A DNA stretch of 64,000 nt from Eledone cirrhosa (GCA_964016885.1 OZ024742.1:199020001-199084000), one strand, 5' to 3'. Shown: positions 1 to 13,331, counted from the stretch's first letter. Made by a program: numbers and translations. Notes: generated by a model from the sequence alone, not told the origin.

Positions 1-3000
1 AATGTAGTGTTTACTCCTGCCACAACTGACCCCAACATATTAAATGTAGTGTTTACTCCTGCCACAACTGACCACAACATATTAAATATAGTGTTTACTC
101 CTGCCACAACTGACCCCAACATATTAAATGTAGTGTTTACTCCTGCCACAACTGACCACAACGTATTAAATGTAGTGTTTACTCCTGCCACAACTGACCC
201 CAACATATTAAATGTAGTGTTTACTCCTGCCACAACTGACCACAACATATTAAATATAGTGTTTACTCCTGCCACAACTGACCACAACATATTAAATGTA
301 GTGTTTACTCCTGCCACAACTGACCACAACATATTAAATGTAGTGTTTACTCCAGCCACAACTGACCACAACATATTAAATGTAGTGTTTACTCCTGCCA
401 CAACTGACCACAACGTATTAAATGTAGTGTTTACTCCTGCCACAACTGACCACAACATATTAAATGTAGTGTTTACTCCTGCCACAACTGACCCCAACAT
501 ATTAAATGTAGTGTTTACTCCTGCCACAACTGACCCCAACATATTAAATGTAGTGTTTACTCCTGCCACAACTGACCACAACATATTAAATATAGTGTTT
601 ACTCCTGCCACAACTGACCACAACATATTAAATGTAGTGTTTACTCCTGCCACAACTGACCCCAACATATTAAATGTAGTGTTTACCCCTGCCACAACTG
701 ACCACAACATATTAAATGTAGTGTTTACTCCTGCCACAACTGACCACAACATATTAAATATAGTGTTTACTCCTGCCACAACTGACCCCAACATATTAAA
801 TGTAGTGTTTACTCCTGCCACAACTGACCCCAACATATTAAATGTAGTGTTTACTCCTGCCACAACTGACCCGAACATATTAAATGTAGTGTTTACTCCT
901 GCCACAACTGACCACAACATATTAATTGTAGTGTTTACTCCTGCCACAACTGACCACACCATATTAAATATAGTGTTTACTCCTGCCACAACTGACTCCG
1001 ACATATTAAATGTAGTGTTTACTCCTGCCACAACTGACCCCAACATATTAAATGTAGTGTTTACTCCTGCCACAACTGACTCCGACATATTAAATGTAGT
1101 GTTTACTCCTGCCACAACTGACCACACCATATTAAATGTAGTGTTTACTCCTGCCACAACTGACCCGAACATATTAAATGTAGTGTTTACTCCTGCCACA
1201 ACTGACCCCAACATATTAAATATAGTGTTTACTCCTGCCACAACTGACTCCGACATATTAAATGTAGTGTTTACTCCTGCCACAACTGACCCCAACATAT
1301 TAAATGTAGTGTTTACTCCTGCCACAACTGACCACACCATATTAAATATAGTGTTTACTCCTGCCACAACTGACTCCGACATATTAAATGTAGTGTTTAC
1401 TCCTGCCACAACTGACCCCAACATATTAAATGTAGTGTTTACTCCTGCCACAACTGACCACAACATATTAAATGTAGTGTTTACTCCTGCCACAACTGAC
1501 CACAACATATTAAATGTAGTGTTTACTACTGCGACAACTGACCACAACATATTAAATGTAGTGTTTACTCCTGCCACAACTGACCCCAACATATTAAATG
1601 TAGTGTTTACTCCTGCTACAACTGACCTCAACATATTAAATGTAGTGTTTACTCCTGCCACAACTGACCACAACATATTAAATATAGTGTTTACTCCTGC
1701 CACAACTGACCACAACATATTAAATGTAGTGTTTACTCCTGCCACAACTGACCACAACATATTAAATGTAGTGTTTACTCCTGCCACAACTGACCCCAAC
1801 ATATTAAATGTAGTGTTTACTCCTGCCACAACTGACCACAACATATTAAATGTAGTGTTTACTCCAGCCACAACTGACCCCAACATATTAAATGTAGTGT
1901 TTACTCCTGCCACAACTGACCACAACATATTAAATGTAGTGTTTACTCCTGCCACAACTGACCACAACATATTAAATGTAGTGTTTACTCCTGCCACAAC
2001 TGACCACAACATATTAAATGTAGTGTTTACTACTGCCACAACTGACCACAACATATTAAATGTAGTGTTTACTCCTGCCACAACTGACCACAACATATTA
2101 AATGTAGTGTTTACTCCTGCCACAACTGACCCCGGCATATTAAATGTAGTGTTTACTCCTGCCACAACTGACCACAACATATTAAATGTAGTGTTTACTC
2201 CTGCCACAACTGACCACAACATATTAAATGTAGTGTTTACTCCAGCCACAACTGACCACAACATATTAAATGTAGTGTTTACCCCTGCCACAACTGACAA
2301 CAACATATTAAATGTAGTGTTTACTCCAGCCACAACTGACCACAACATATTAAATGTAGTGTTTACTCCTGCCACAACTGACCACAACATATTAAATGTA
2401 GTGTTTACTCCTGCCACAACTGACCACAACATATTAAATGTAGTGTTTACTACTGCCACAACTGACCCCAACATATTAAATGTAGTGTTTACTCCTGCTA
2501 CAACTGACCCCAACATATTAAATGTAGTGTTTACTCCTGCCACAACTGACAACAACATATTAAATGTAGTGTTTACTACTGCCACAACTGACCTCAACAT
2601 ATTAAATGTAGTGTTTACTCCTGCCACAACTGACCACAACATATTAAATATAGTGTTTACTCCTGCCACAACTGACAACAACATATTAAATGTAGTGTTT
2701 ACTCCTGCCACAACTGACCACAACATATTAAATGTAGTGTTTACTACTGCCACAACTGACCTCAACATATTAAATGTAGTGTTTACTCCTGCCACAACTG
2801 ACCACAACATATTAAATATAGTGTTTACTCCTGCCACAACTGACAACAACATATTAAATGTAGTGTTTACTCCTCCCACAACTGACCCCAACATATTAAA
2901 TGTAGTGTTTACTCCTGCCACAACTGACCCCAACATATTAAATGTAGTGTTTACTCCTGCCACAACTGACCACAACATATTAAATGTAGTGTTTACTACT

Positions 3001-5124
3001 GCCACAACTGACCACAACATATTAAATATAGTGTTTACTCCTGCCACAACTGACCCCAACATATTAAATGTAGTGTTTACTCCTGCCACAACTGACCACA
3101 AAATATTAAATATAGTGTTTACTCCTGCCACAACTGACCACAACATATTAAATGTAGTGTTTACTCCTGCCACAACTGACCACAACATATTAAATGTAGT
3201 GTTTAGTCCTGCCACAACAGACCCCGACATATTAAATGTAGTGTTTACTCCTGCCACAACTGACCACAACATATTAAATGTAGTGTTTACTTCTGCCACA
3301 ACTGACCCCAACATATTAAATGTAGTGTTTACTCCTGCCACAACTGACCACAACATATTAAATGTAGTGTTTACTCCTGCCACAACTGACCACAACATAT
3401 TAAATGTAGTGTTTACTACTGCCACAACTAACCCCAACATATTAAATGTATTGTTTACTCCTGCCACAACTGACCACAACATATTAAATGTAGTGTTTAC
3501 TCCTGCCACAACTGACCACAACATATTAAATGTAGTGTTTACTACTGCCACAACTGACCCCAACATATTAAATGTAGTGTTTACTCCTGCTACAACTGAC
3601 CCCAACATATTAAATGTAGTGTTTACTCCTGCGACAACTGACCACAACATATTAAATGTATTGTTTACTCCTGCCACAACTGACCTCAACATATTAAATG
3701 TAGTGTTTACTCCTGCCACAACTGACCACAACATATTAAATATAGTGTTTACTCCTGCCACAACTGACCACAACATATTAAATGTAGTGTTTACTCCTCC
3801 CACAACTGACCCCAACATATTAAATGTAGTGTTTACTCCTGCCACAACTGACCCCAACATATTAAATGTAGTGTTTACTCCTGCCACAACTGACCACAAC
3901 ATATTAAATGTAGTGTTTACTCCTGCCACAACTGACCCCAACATATTAAATGTAGTGTTTAGTCCTGCCACAACTGACCACAACATATTAAATGTAGTGT
4001 TTACTCCTGCCACAACTGACCCCAACATATTAAATGTAGTGTTTACTCCTGCCACAACTGACCACAACATATTAAATGTAGTGTTTACTACTGCCACAAC
4101 TGACCACAACATATTAAATATAGTGTTTACTCCTGCCACAACTGACCACAACATATTAAATGTAGTGTTTACTACTGCCACAACTGACCCCAACATATTA
4201 AATGTAGTGTTTAGTCCTGCCACAACTGACCCCGACATATTAAATGTAGTGTTTACTCCTGCCACAACTGACCACAACATATTAAATGTAGTGTTTACTT
4301 CTGCCACAACTGACCCCAACAAATTAAATGTAGTGTTTACTCCTGCCACAACTGACCACAACATATTAAATGTAGTGTTTACTCCTGCCACAACTGACCA
4401 CAACATATTAAATGTAGTGTTTACTCCTGCCACAACTGACCACAACATATTAAATGTAGTGTTTACTACTGCCACAACTGACCACAACATATTAAATGTA
4501 GTGTTTACTCCTGCCACAACTGACCACAACATATTAAATATAGTGTTTACTCCTGCCACAACTGACCCCAACATATTAAATGTAGTGTTTACTCCTGCCA
4601 CAACTGACCCCAACATATTAAATGTAGTGTTTACTCCTGCCACAACTGACCCCAACATATTAAATGTAGTGTTTACTCCTGCCACAACTGACCACAACAT
4701 ATTAAATGTAGTGTTTACTCCTGCCACAACTGACCCCAACATATTAAATGTAGTGTTTACTCCTGCCACAACTGACCACAACATATTAAATGTAGTGTTT
4801 ACTCCTGCCACAACTGACCACAACATATTAAATGTAGTGTTTACTTCTGCCACAACTGACCACAACATATTAAATGTAGTGTTTACTCCTGCCACAACTG
4901 ACCACAACATATTAAATGTAGTGTTTATTCCTGCCACAACTGACCACAACATATTAATTGTAGTGTTTACTCCTGCCACAACTGACCCCAACATATTAAA
5001 TGTAGTGTTTACTCCTGCCACAACTGACCACAACATATTAAATGTAGTGTTTATTCCTGCCACAACTGACCACAACATATTAATTGTAGTGTTTACTCCT
5101 GCCACAACTGACCCCAACATATTA
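1..5124. repeat. 42-bp tandem minisatellite, 122 units, open at the window's left edge
   Basis: Unit AATGTAGTGTTTACTCCTGCCACAACTGAC(CAC/CCC)AACATATTA. The last unit ends at 5124 = 122x42, so there is no net indel. It produces ORF 7..5175. Confidence 0.98.
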
Positions 5125-5299
5125 AACACCCCAGTAAATATTACTGACCTCACCACTATAAACTATATACTATGAAGATACTACATCTCACTGCAGCTCC
5201 TAACATCATTGATGTTAGTGAAATCCCCAGGGATCATACATGGACATTGACTTCCTTTCCAGATAGCAGCAACAACTGCAGCAAGAACATCTGCAAGAT

Positions 5300-5329
5300 C
5301 AGCAGCAGCAGCAGTAGCAGCAGCAGCAA

Positions 5330-5391
<62 letters not shown>

Positions 5392-5862
5392 ATAGCAGTA
5401 GTAGTTGTAGTAGTTATCATTGTTGTTGTTGATGTAGTAGTAGTAGTTGTCGTTCTTGTAGTTGTAGTAGTAGTAGTTGTTGTAGTAGTAGTTGTAGTTG
5501 TTGTAGTAGTAGTAGTAGTAGCAGTTGAAGTGGTGGTGGCAGTGGTAGTAGTAGTAGTAATAGCAGTAGTAGTTGTAGTAGTTATCATTGTTGTTGTTGA
5601 TGTAGTAGTAGTAGTTGTCGTTCTTGTAGTTGTAGTAGTAGTAGTTGTTGTAGTAGTAGTTGTTGTTGTTGTAGGTGTTGTAGTTGTAATAGTAGTAGCA
5701 GTTGAAGTGGTGGTGGCGGTGGTAGTGGTAGTAGTAATAGCAGTAGTAGTTGTAGTAGATATCATTGTTGTTGTTGATGTAGTAGTAGTAGTTGTTGTAG
5801 TTGTAGTAGTAGTAGTTGTAGTAGTTGTAGTAGTTGTAGTAGTTGTAGTAGTTGTAGTTGTT
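5300..5862. repeat. (AGC)n/(AGT)n/(GTA,GTT)n trinucleotide low-complexity tract with internal ~170-bp duplications
   Basis: Direct reading. The block gtaatagcagtagtagttgtagtagttatcattgttgttgttgatgtag recurs near 5388, 5557 and 5733. Confidence 0.95.
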
Positions 5863-5864
5863 CC

Positions 5865-6470
5865 ATGTTGATTTTTTTCATACTATTACAATACAAAAAC
5901 CGTGACAAAAAAAATCAATTAATTACAAAACCAAACAAACTACTATACCCCAACCACAACATGACCTCCATCACTGCCGATGCCACCAACAACACTATCA
6001 ACACCACCACCAACAACAACAACAACACCATTACCACCACCACCAACAACACTATCAACATCACCACCACCAACAACAACAACACCATTACCACCACCAC
6101 CAACAACAACAACAACACCATTACCACCACCACCAACACCAACAACACCATTACCACCACCACCATCACCAACACCGACCATCCCACCATCACCACACCC
6201 AACAACACCATTACCACCATCAACACCACCAACAACAACAACACCATTACCACCATCATCACCACCACCACCAACAACACAGACCACCCAACCATCACCA
6301 CCACCACCAACAACACAGACCACCCAACCATCACCACCACCACCAACAACACAGACCACCCAACCATCACCACCACCACCAACAACACAGACCACCCAAC
6401 CATCACCACCACCACCAACAACACAGACCACCCAACCATCACCACCACCACCAACAACAACAACAACATT

Positions 6471-6501
<31 letters not shown>

Positions 6502-9500
6502 TTACCACCATCATCACCACCACCACCAACAACACAGACCACCCAACCATCACCACCACCACCAACAACAACAACAACATTACCACCACCACCACCAACA
6601 ACAACAACATTACCACCATCATCACCACCACCACCAACAACACAGACCACCCAACCATCACCACCACCACCAACAACAACAACATTACCACCACCACCAC
6701 CAACAACAACAACACCATCACCACCACCACCAACAACAACAACACCATTACCACCATCACCACCACCACCAACAACAACACCATTACCACCATCACCACC
6801 ACCACCAACAACAGCATTACCACCACCACCACCAACAACAACAACACCATTACCACCATCACCACCACCACCAACAACAGCATTACCACCACCACCACCA
6901 ACAACAACACCATTGCCACCATCACCACCAACAACAACACCATCACCACCACCACCAACAACAACACCATTACCACCATCACCACCACCACCAACAACAA
7001 CACCATTACCACCACCACCACCAACAACAACACCATCACCACCATCACCACCACCACCAACAACAACACCATTACCACCACCAACAACAACAACAACACC
7101 ATTACCACCACCACCAACAACAACACCATTACCACCATCACCAACACCACCAACAACACCATTACCACCATCACCACCACCACCACCAACACCATTACCA
7201 CCAACACCAACAACACCATTACCACCATCACCACCTCCAACAACAACAACAACACCATTACCACCAACACCACCACCAACAACAGCGTTGATTTGAACTT
7301 TTCGGTAATTCCTTGCGTTGATTTGAACGAATCACAGGAAGAAGTTTTTTTCTGTGACATACGTATGACCTTGTCAACACTTCTGCTTGGTGTTGTTTAT
7401 CGCCCCCCAAACTACCATCAGGACACACAGCTTTGCGATATCCTCAGAGTTGCTGCCAAGAAAACAGCCACTTATGTGTTTATTGCAGGTGACTTCAATC
7501 ATCCTGAGATCGATTGGGAAACCTTTCGTTGGCCACAAGGTGCAAACGATTTCCTTGAACTAGTGCTGGACTCAAACTGGTCACAAGTAGTCACCTCTCC
7601 AACAAGAGGTGACAACACTTTGGACCTGATCTTCACCACTACTGCTGAAGTGGTTATCAGTTGTACTACTGAGGAACCTCTAGGCGACTCTGATCATGCT
7701 ATGATCATTGCCAATCTGGCACTTGAGGGCAGCAACAAAAACCAGAGCCATCTCCAATCTGCTTGTTTTGATTGGAAGAGGGCGGATTGGAACTTGTACT
7801 GCACTGAGCTTCAGCGCCCAAACTGGCATGAGATGTATAACTCTGGAGATGTGAACTCTATACTCCAGAGCATCCTGGACTCAATATGGATAGTGTGTGC
7901 AGCATCAGTGCCACGGAAGCGGAAAAATAACCACCCCAAAAGTGCAATCTGGGAAACTTCAGCGGTCCAACTTGCCAGGAAAGAAAGTCGGAACGCTGAA
8001 CGGGAATATAAACTGCATAAATCAGATGCCAACAGAAAAAAGCGGAATAAATCTTCTAACCATCTCAAGCAAGTGACAAAGAAGGCAGTGCTTGAATTTG
8101 AACAGTGCATCGCAACCAATCCTGACAGTAAGGTGTTCTGGAAATATGTTCATTCAAAGCAGAGACCTCACTCTCCAGTTGGTCCTCTTCGTAATCCCCA
8201 CACAAGCCAGATCACTGACGATCCCAAGGAATGCACAGAACTCATTGCTGAGTGCTATGCAAGTATTTTTACTGTTGAAAACCAGAATGTACCATCTCCA
8301 CCATCTCTAACATCAAATTCCATGACAACTATGGAATTTACACCTGCAATGTTGCGACGTCACCTTAAGAATAAGCGCAACTATGCCTCCCCTGGTCTTG
8401 ATGGTGTGACATACCTGCTTCTCAAACGTGGCGGGTATTTCCTTTTGCGCCAGCTTTCTTTCTTCTTTCAATACTGTCTCAACAATGGTGCTACTCCGGA
8501 GCAGTGGAAAACTGCCAGTGTCATTCCCCTGTTCAAAAAGGGCAACCGCATGTCACCTGTCAACTATCGTCCAGTCAGTCTTACTAGCTGTATGGCCAAA
8601 CTGATGGAATCCTGTGTCAGAGAAACACTTTGGAACTTCTGGAGCTCTCACAGCCTCATCCGGCCCTCACAGTTTGGATTTATCCCTAACTCCAGCTGCT
8701 GTGATCAGCTTATCGAGTTCCTTGAGGACATCACCCAGATCACTGACAGCGGCTCATGGGTGGATGTTGTTTACCTTGACTTTGCTAAGGCTTTTAATTC
8801 TGTGCCACACAAAAGACTTATGGCAAAACTCTCTGCAATGGGTGTGAGGGATGATCTTTTCGACTGGTTGAAATCCTTCATTCTCAGCCGAAAAGAAGTA
8901 GTCACGGTTCTAGGACACCATTCTTCACCATATGAGATGTCATCTGGTGTACCACAGGGATCTGTTCTTGGTCCTGTTTTGTTTGTGGCATATATTAATG
9001 ACATAAATGCCAACTTACAGAATGCCACGGTACTGAAATATGCAGATGACATCAAGCTGTACCTTGAAATCAAAAGGACTGATCCTGCAATTTACAACTA
9101 TTTCCTACAATCAGACCTGGACACAATGCAGCAATGGATCACAGACTGGCAACTGAAGCTGGCTGTGGACAAGTGTACCACCATGCATTTTGGAAGGAAA
9201 AATCCAGCGTCCACATACTCCCTCCACAACACTGATATCAAAAAGTCCTCTTGTGAACGTGACCTGGGCATTACTGTCAGCAACGATTTGCGTTGGACAA
9301 AGCATGTCTCTAAGATTGTCAAGAAGGCCGAGGGTGTCTTGGTATCACTCAGCAAGACCTTTGTTAGCCGCTCTCCAGCCATCTATTTAAAACTGTATAC
9401 AGCTATGGTACGACCACACTTGGAATTCGCATCATCAGTCTGGAACCCCTATCTTGCTCAGAACATTGACCTCCTGGAAACTGTTCAGAGACGTGCAACC

Positions 9501-9851
9501 AAGCGTATACCCTCCATCAGACACCTACCATACTCTGAACGCCTTGCTTCCCTGGGCATGGATTCATTGAAGCTCCGACGTCTGGCAATGGACTTGGTGA
9601 ATACCCACAAAGTTTTTAACCATCTCGCCAATTGCAACCCTGAGCGCCTCTTTGATCTCCATATGTCTAACACACGTGGACATGCCTACAAGATCAGAAA
9701 ACAGCACAGCTCCCATGACTTTCGTAGACATTTTTTCACGCTCAGAGTTGCTGAAGCATGGAACAAACTGCCTGCGTCAATTGTTAGCTGCCGAGACACT
9801 GCATCCTTTAAGACACTCATGCTTCCCGAAATACGCCAAAATTACACCTGA
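5865..9851 (+). CDS. LINE ORF2 (AP endonuclease C-terminal part + reverse transcriptase). TE-derived coding starts at ~7284; the upstream ~470 aa is in-frame flank, mostly microsatellite (Thr/Asn-rich)
   Basis: EN motifs GVVYRPP, AGDFNHPEIDW, PTRGDNTLDLIF, GDSDH. RT motifs YRPVSLTS, VYLDFAKAF, SGVPQGSVLGP, YADD. CR1-type C-terminus RPHLEFASSVWNP...TRGH. Confidence 0.9.
5950..7284. repeat. (AAC/ACC/ATC) compound trinucleotide microsatellite, left part
   Basis: Direct reading; includes ~39-bp subunits (aacaacacagaccacccaaccatcaccaccaccacc). The same repeat resumes after the LINE at 10139. Confidence 0.95.
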
Positions 9852-10105
9852 TGTACCCCTTCCATACGCATGCACACATGTGTGTATCATGACTCGTGCA
9901 CTCTTCATTTTACTGATGTTTGTACATGCACTTTTTTGATGAGTTGTGGTGCACCTGGGCACTGTACACAATATTTCATTATTGTTATTATTATTATATC
10001 ATGACTCATACACTGTTCATTTTCCTGACATTTGTACATTATTCTATGTACTATACATGCACCTTTGATGAGTTGTAGTGCACCTGAGCACTGTACACAA
10101 TAATT

Positions 10106-10137
<32 letters not shown>
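7285..10137 (+). mobile_element. CR1-clade non-LTR retrotransposon, 5'-truncated within the endonuclease, young copy
   Basis: Unbroken ORF2 frame to 9851. The 3'UTR has a duplicated terminal module, an agtgc-acctga-gcact hairpin and an (ATT)n tail. Inserted in the AAC/ACC microsatellite. Confidence 0.93.
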
Positions 10138-10138
10138 T

Positions 10139-10951
10139 AACAACACCATTACCACCATCACCACCACCAACAACAACAACAACACCATGACCACCACCAC
10201 CACCAACAACAACACCATTACCACCATCACCACCAACAACAACACCATTACCACCATCACCACCACCACCAACAACAACAACAACAACATTACCACCATC
10301 ACCACCACCACCAACAACAACACCATGACCACCATCATCACCACCACCAACAACAACACCATTACCACCATCACCACCACCAACAACGACAACAACACCA
10401 TTACCACCATCACCATCACCACCAACAACAACAACACCATTACCACCATCACCATCACCACCAACAACAACAACACCATTACCACCATCACCACCCCCAC
10501 CCCCACCATCACCACCACCACCAACGACAACAGCACCATTACGACAATCACCTCCACGACTATCACCATTCTCACAACCACCACCATCACCACAACCACA
10601 GCCACCACCAACATTATCAACAGCATTATCATCACCACCACTACCATCACCACCACCATCACCACAACGATCACCACCATTATCACCACCACCACTACCA
10701 TCACCACCACCATCACCACAACGATCACCACCATTATCATCACCACCACCACTTACATCACCACAATTGCCACCACCAATATTATCAACAAGATCATCAT
10801 CACCACCTTCACCACCACCACTAGCACCACAACCACCACCACCGGCACCACCAGCACCACCACCACTAGCCCCACCATCACAACCAACTTTATCAACAGC
10901 ATCATAATAACCACCACTACTGCTACTACCATCAGTCACCACCACCACCAC
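10139..10951. repeat. (AAC/ACC/ATC) microsatellite, right part, decaying rightwards
   Basis: Same units as 5950-7284, directly after the LINE tail. Confidence 0.93.
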
Positions 10952-11073
10952 CTATATTTGCTTCTGTAGTTAAATCAATATAAACAATATTGGAAAGTGA
11001 TTAGCTTGCTTGGATTATTGCTGGATAGGTAGAATTGGTAGAGTATTGGACAAAATTATTTTTCTATTTAAAA

Positions 11074-12222
11074 CTAGCTGAGGTACCCAGCTTTGCCCAG
11101 GTAAACAGATGATAAGAAAAGACAGGTAGAAAAGAAAACAAATGTATTGCATGCGTTGTTTGGTTTTCAGTATGAGGCATAACCGTGGTGTGTGGATGTG
11201 TGGGTGTATGACAAAAGGAAAAAAATGGTTAATCTTCCAGACATAAGCTCCGACGTCTGGCAATGGACTTGGTGAATACCCACAAAGTTATTAACCATCT
11301 CGCCAATTGCAACCCTGAGCGCCTCTTTGATCTCCATGTGTCTAACACACGTGGACATGCCTACAAGATCAGAAAACAGCACAGCTCCCATGACTTTCGT
11401 AGACATTTTTTCATGCTCAGAGTTGCTGAAGCATGGAACAAACTGCCTGCGTCAGTTGTTAGCTGCCGAGACACTGCATCCTTTAAGACACTCATGCTTC
11501 CTGAAATACGCCAAAACTACACCTGATGTACCTCTTCCATACACATGCACACATGTGTGTATCATGACTCGTGCACTCTTCATTTTACTGATGTTTGTGC
11601 ATTGCCCTATGTACTGTACATGCACTTTTTTTATGAGTTGTGGTGCACCTGGGCACTGTACACAATATTTCATTATTGTTATTATTATTATATCATGACT
11701 CATACACTGTTCATTTTCCTGACATTTGTACATTATTCTATGTACTATACATGCACCTTTGATGAGTTGTAGTGCACCTGAGCACTGTACACAATAATTT
11801 CATTATTATTATTATTATTATACCAGATTCTTTGTTTTACCGTTCGTGCATAGTAAATGAAGATTTCTAGATGTTACCACTTGTAAACAACCTACATATA
11901 ACTGTCCATGGCTAAAAAGTGATTCTCTTGTATTCAATTCTACAACTTTGAAACTCTGAGTCTGAGCTTTATCATAACAAAACTGGCTCTAACGGGGAAC
12001 TGAAGTCTTGAGAATTTGAATGGAAGCTTGGTAGAGGAAGGGATGAGAGGAATTTTGGAAACAAATGCACTTTCTCCTTGATGATTGCCTCCAAGAATAG
12101 TGACCTCTAGGAGATGGTTCATCTTCTGCCTAATTGTAAAGCGTGTGTCATTGCGTAGAAGAAGTGGGTCTACATTTCTCAAAAGGATGATGGCAGTTCC
12201 AATCTTTCATATTATATATAGA
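11074..12222 (-). mobile_element. Non-autonomous Helitron retaining a Pif1-helicase C-terminal remnant, interrupted by a CR1 fragment
   Basis: Minus strand starts TCTATATATAAT (12222) and ends cctgggcaaagctgggtacctcagCTAG (11074). ORF 11940..12182 reads IPLIPSSTKLPFKFSRLQFPVR, followed by FSHGQLYVG...GKTKNLVY at ~11825-11920. Confidence 0.85.
11245..11821 (+). mobile_element. CR1 3' fragment, same family as 7285-10137
   Basis: Near-identical to 9570-10137, with an (ATT)n tail and an extra ~19 nt in the 3'UTR. Confidence 0.95.
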
Positions 12223-12918
12223 TAATTATATATAAATGTATCTGTGTATATGTGTGTGTGCATGTGAATGTGTGTGCGTGAATGTGTGTGTGTAAACGTG
12301 CGTTCGAATCGGAGACGCTGGCAGCGAAATACGAGCATCACTGACAACAAACACGCAGAGAGAATCCCTTGTGGTTGATTCTCAACCTGCTAGAAATAGC
12401 AGTCAACTTGGTTAGCCTACCCAGGATGTTTTTCATCTTCTTTGATTTTATAAAATTAGTATCAATAAACCTTCCTGGATGTACCCTTATTTCATTGCTG
12501 TACTTACTTTTCGATTGTCAGTTTTTGTTTTTGTGTGATGTGCGAAGGAATCAACCAACAAACATCTCTCTTTTATATTGTGTATAGATGATTTCTAATT
12601 TAGCAATTTGAAGGGAGTGGAGAGGAGGGTGAGTTACACCAACCCCAGAACATAAGCGGTACTTTATTTTATCAACCTCAGACAGGTGAAAGAAAAAGTT
12701 GATCTTGGTGGGATTTGAACTCAGAAGTAAAGAGCTGTAACCAAACATTACAAAACATTTTGTCTGGCGCTCTCATGATTCGGCCAAATACCGTCCAAGT
12801 ATCAGACAAAATGACTAGCAGTTATGTTCTGAGTTCAAATACTGATGAGTTCAACTTAACATTTCATCCTTCCTGGCTTTATAAAATACTAGGACTTTTT
12901 TCAACACACTGATGCATA

Positions 12919-12954
<36 letters not shown>

Positions 12955-13331
12955 TATGCATACATTTATATGTATGAATATATAAATATAAATGTGCAAA
13001 CACAGATACACTTACAAAAATACACACTCACAGACATACAATCACACAAACACACATACATTCACACAAACACACACATACATTCATACACACGTACATT
13101 TACACAAACACACACACTGACACAGCATAGCAAATGGAACACCAGCCGCTGTTTTGCTATAGTTTTTTCACCATCCCCTTCCTTCCTGTTACACACATAT
13201 ATTCACACAAACACATACACATTCTGTGACGGACGGAAGTTGCTCAAATTTATATATAGAGGCACATGGCTTAGTGGTTAGAGCATTTATATATGGAGGC
13301 ACATGGCTTAGTGGTTAGAGCATTTATATAT

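Noticed and set aside
1-5124. CRISPR array, or DGR-like variable cassette served by the nearby RT
   Set aside because: There are no unique spacers, no cas genes and no template/variable repeat pair. The context is eukaryotic and the RT is a typical CR1 ORF2.
7-5175. 1722-aa ORF as a bona fide gene
   Set aside because: It arises from a stop-free 42-bp unit, the opposite strand is equally open, common variants are non-synonymous, and there is no ATG start or splice evidence. Kept only as a hypothesis under findings.
5130-5310. Hydrophobic minus-strand peptide beside the array as a transporter exon
   Set aside because: It needs a stop read-through and a frameshift, and no family could be recognised with confidence without a search.
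5172-7360. Poly-Ser, poly-Thr, poly-Val, Gly-rich and Pro-rich ORFs
   Set aside because: These are alternative frames of trinucleotide microsatellites.
10051-10969. Low-complexity ORFs after the LINE
   Set aside because: Same microsatellite artefact.
11263-11526. Tandem duplication of the intact CR1 end, or an independent small gene
   Set aside because: It has its own 5' truncation, tail and UTR indel and sits inside a Helitron, so it is a separate insertion.
12842-12860. Other CTGATGA occurrences (12842, ~25994, ~35496, ~36836, ~38827, ~41443) as hammerheads
   Set aside because: None has a paired stem II followed by a GAAA-like motif; most lie within SINE or mariner sequence.
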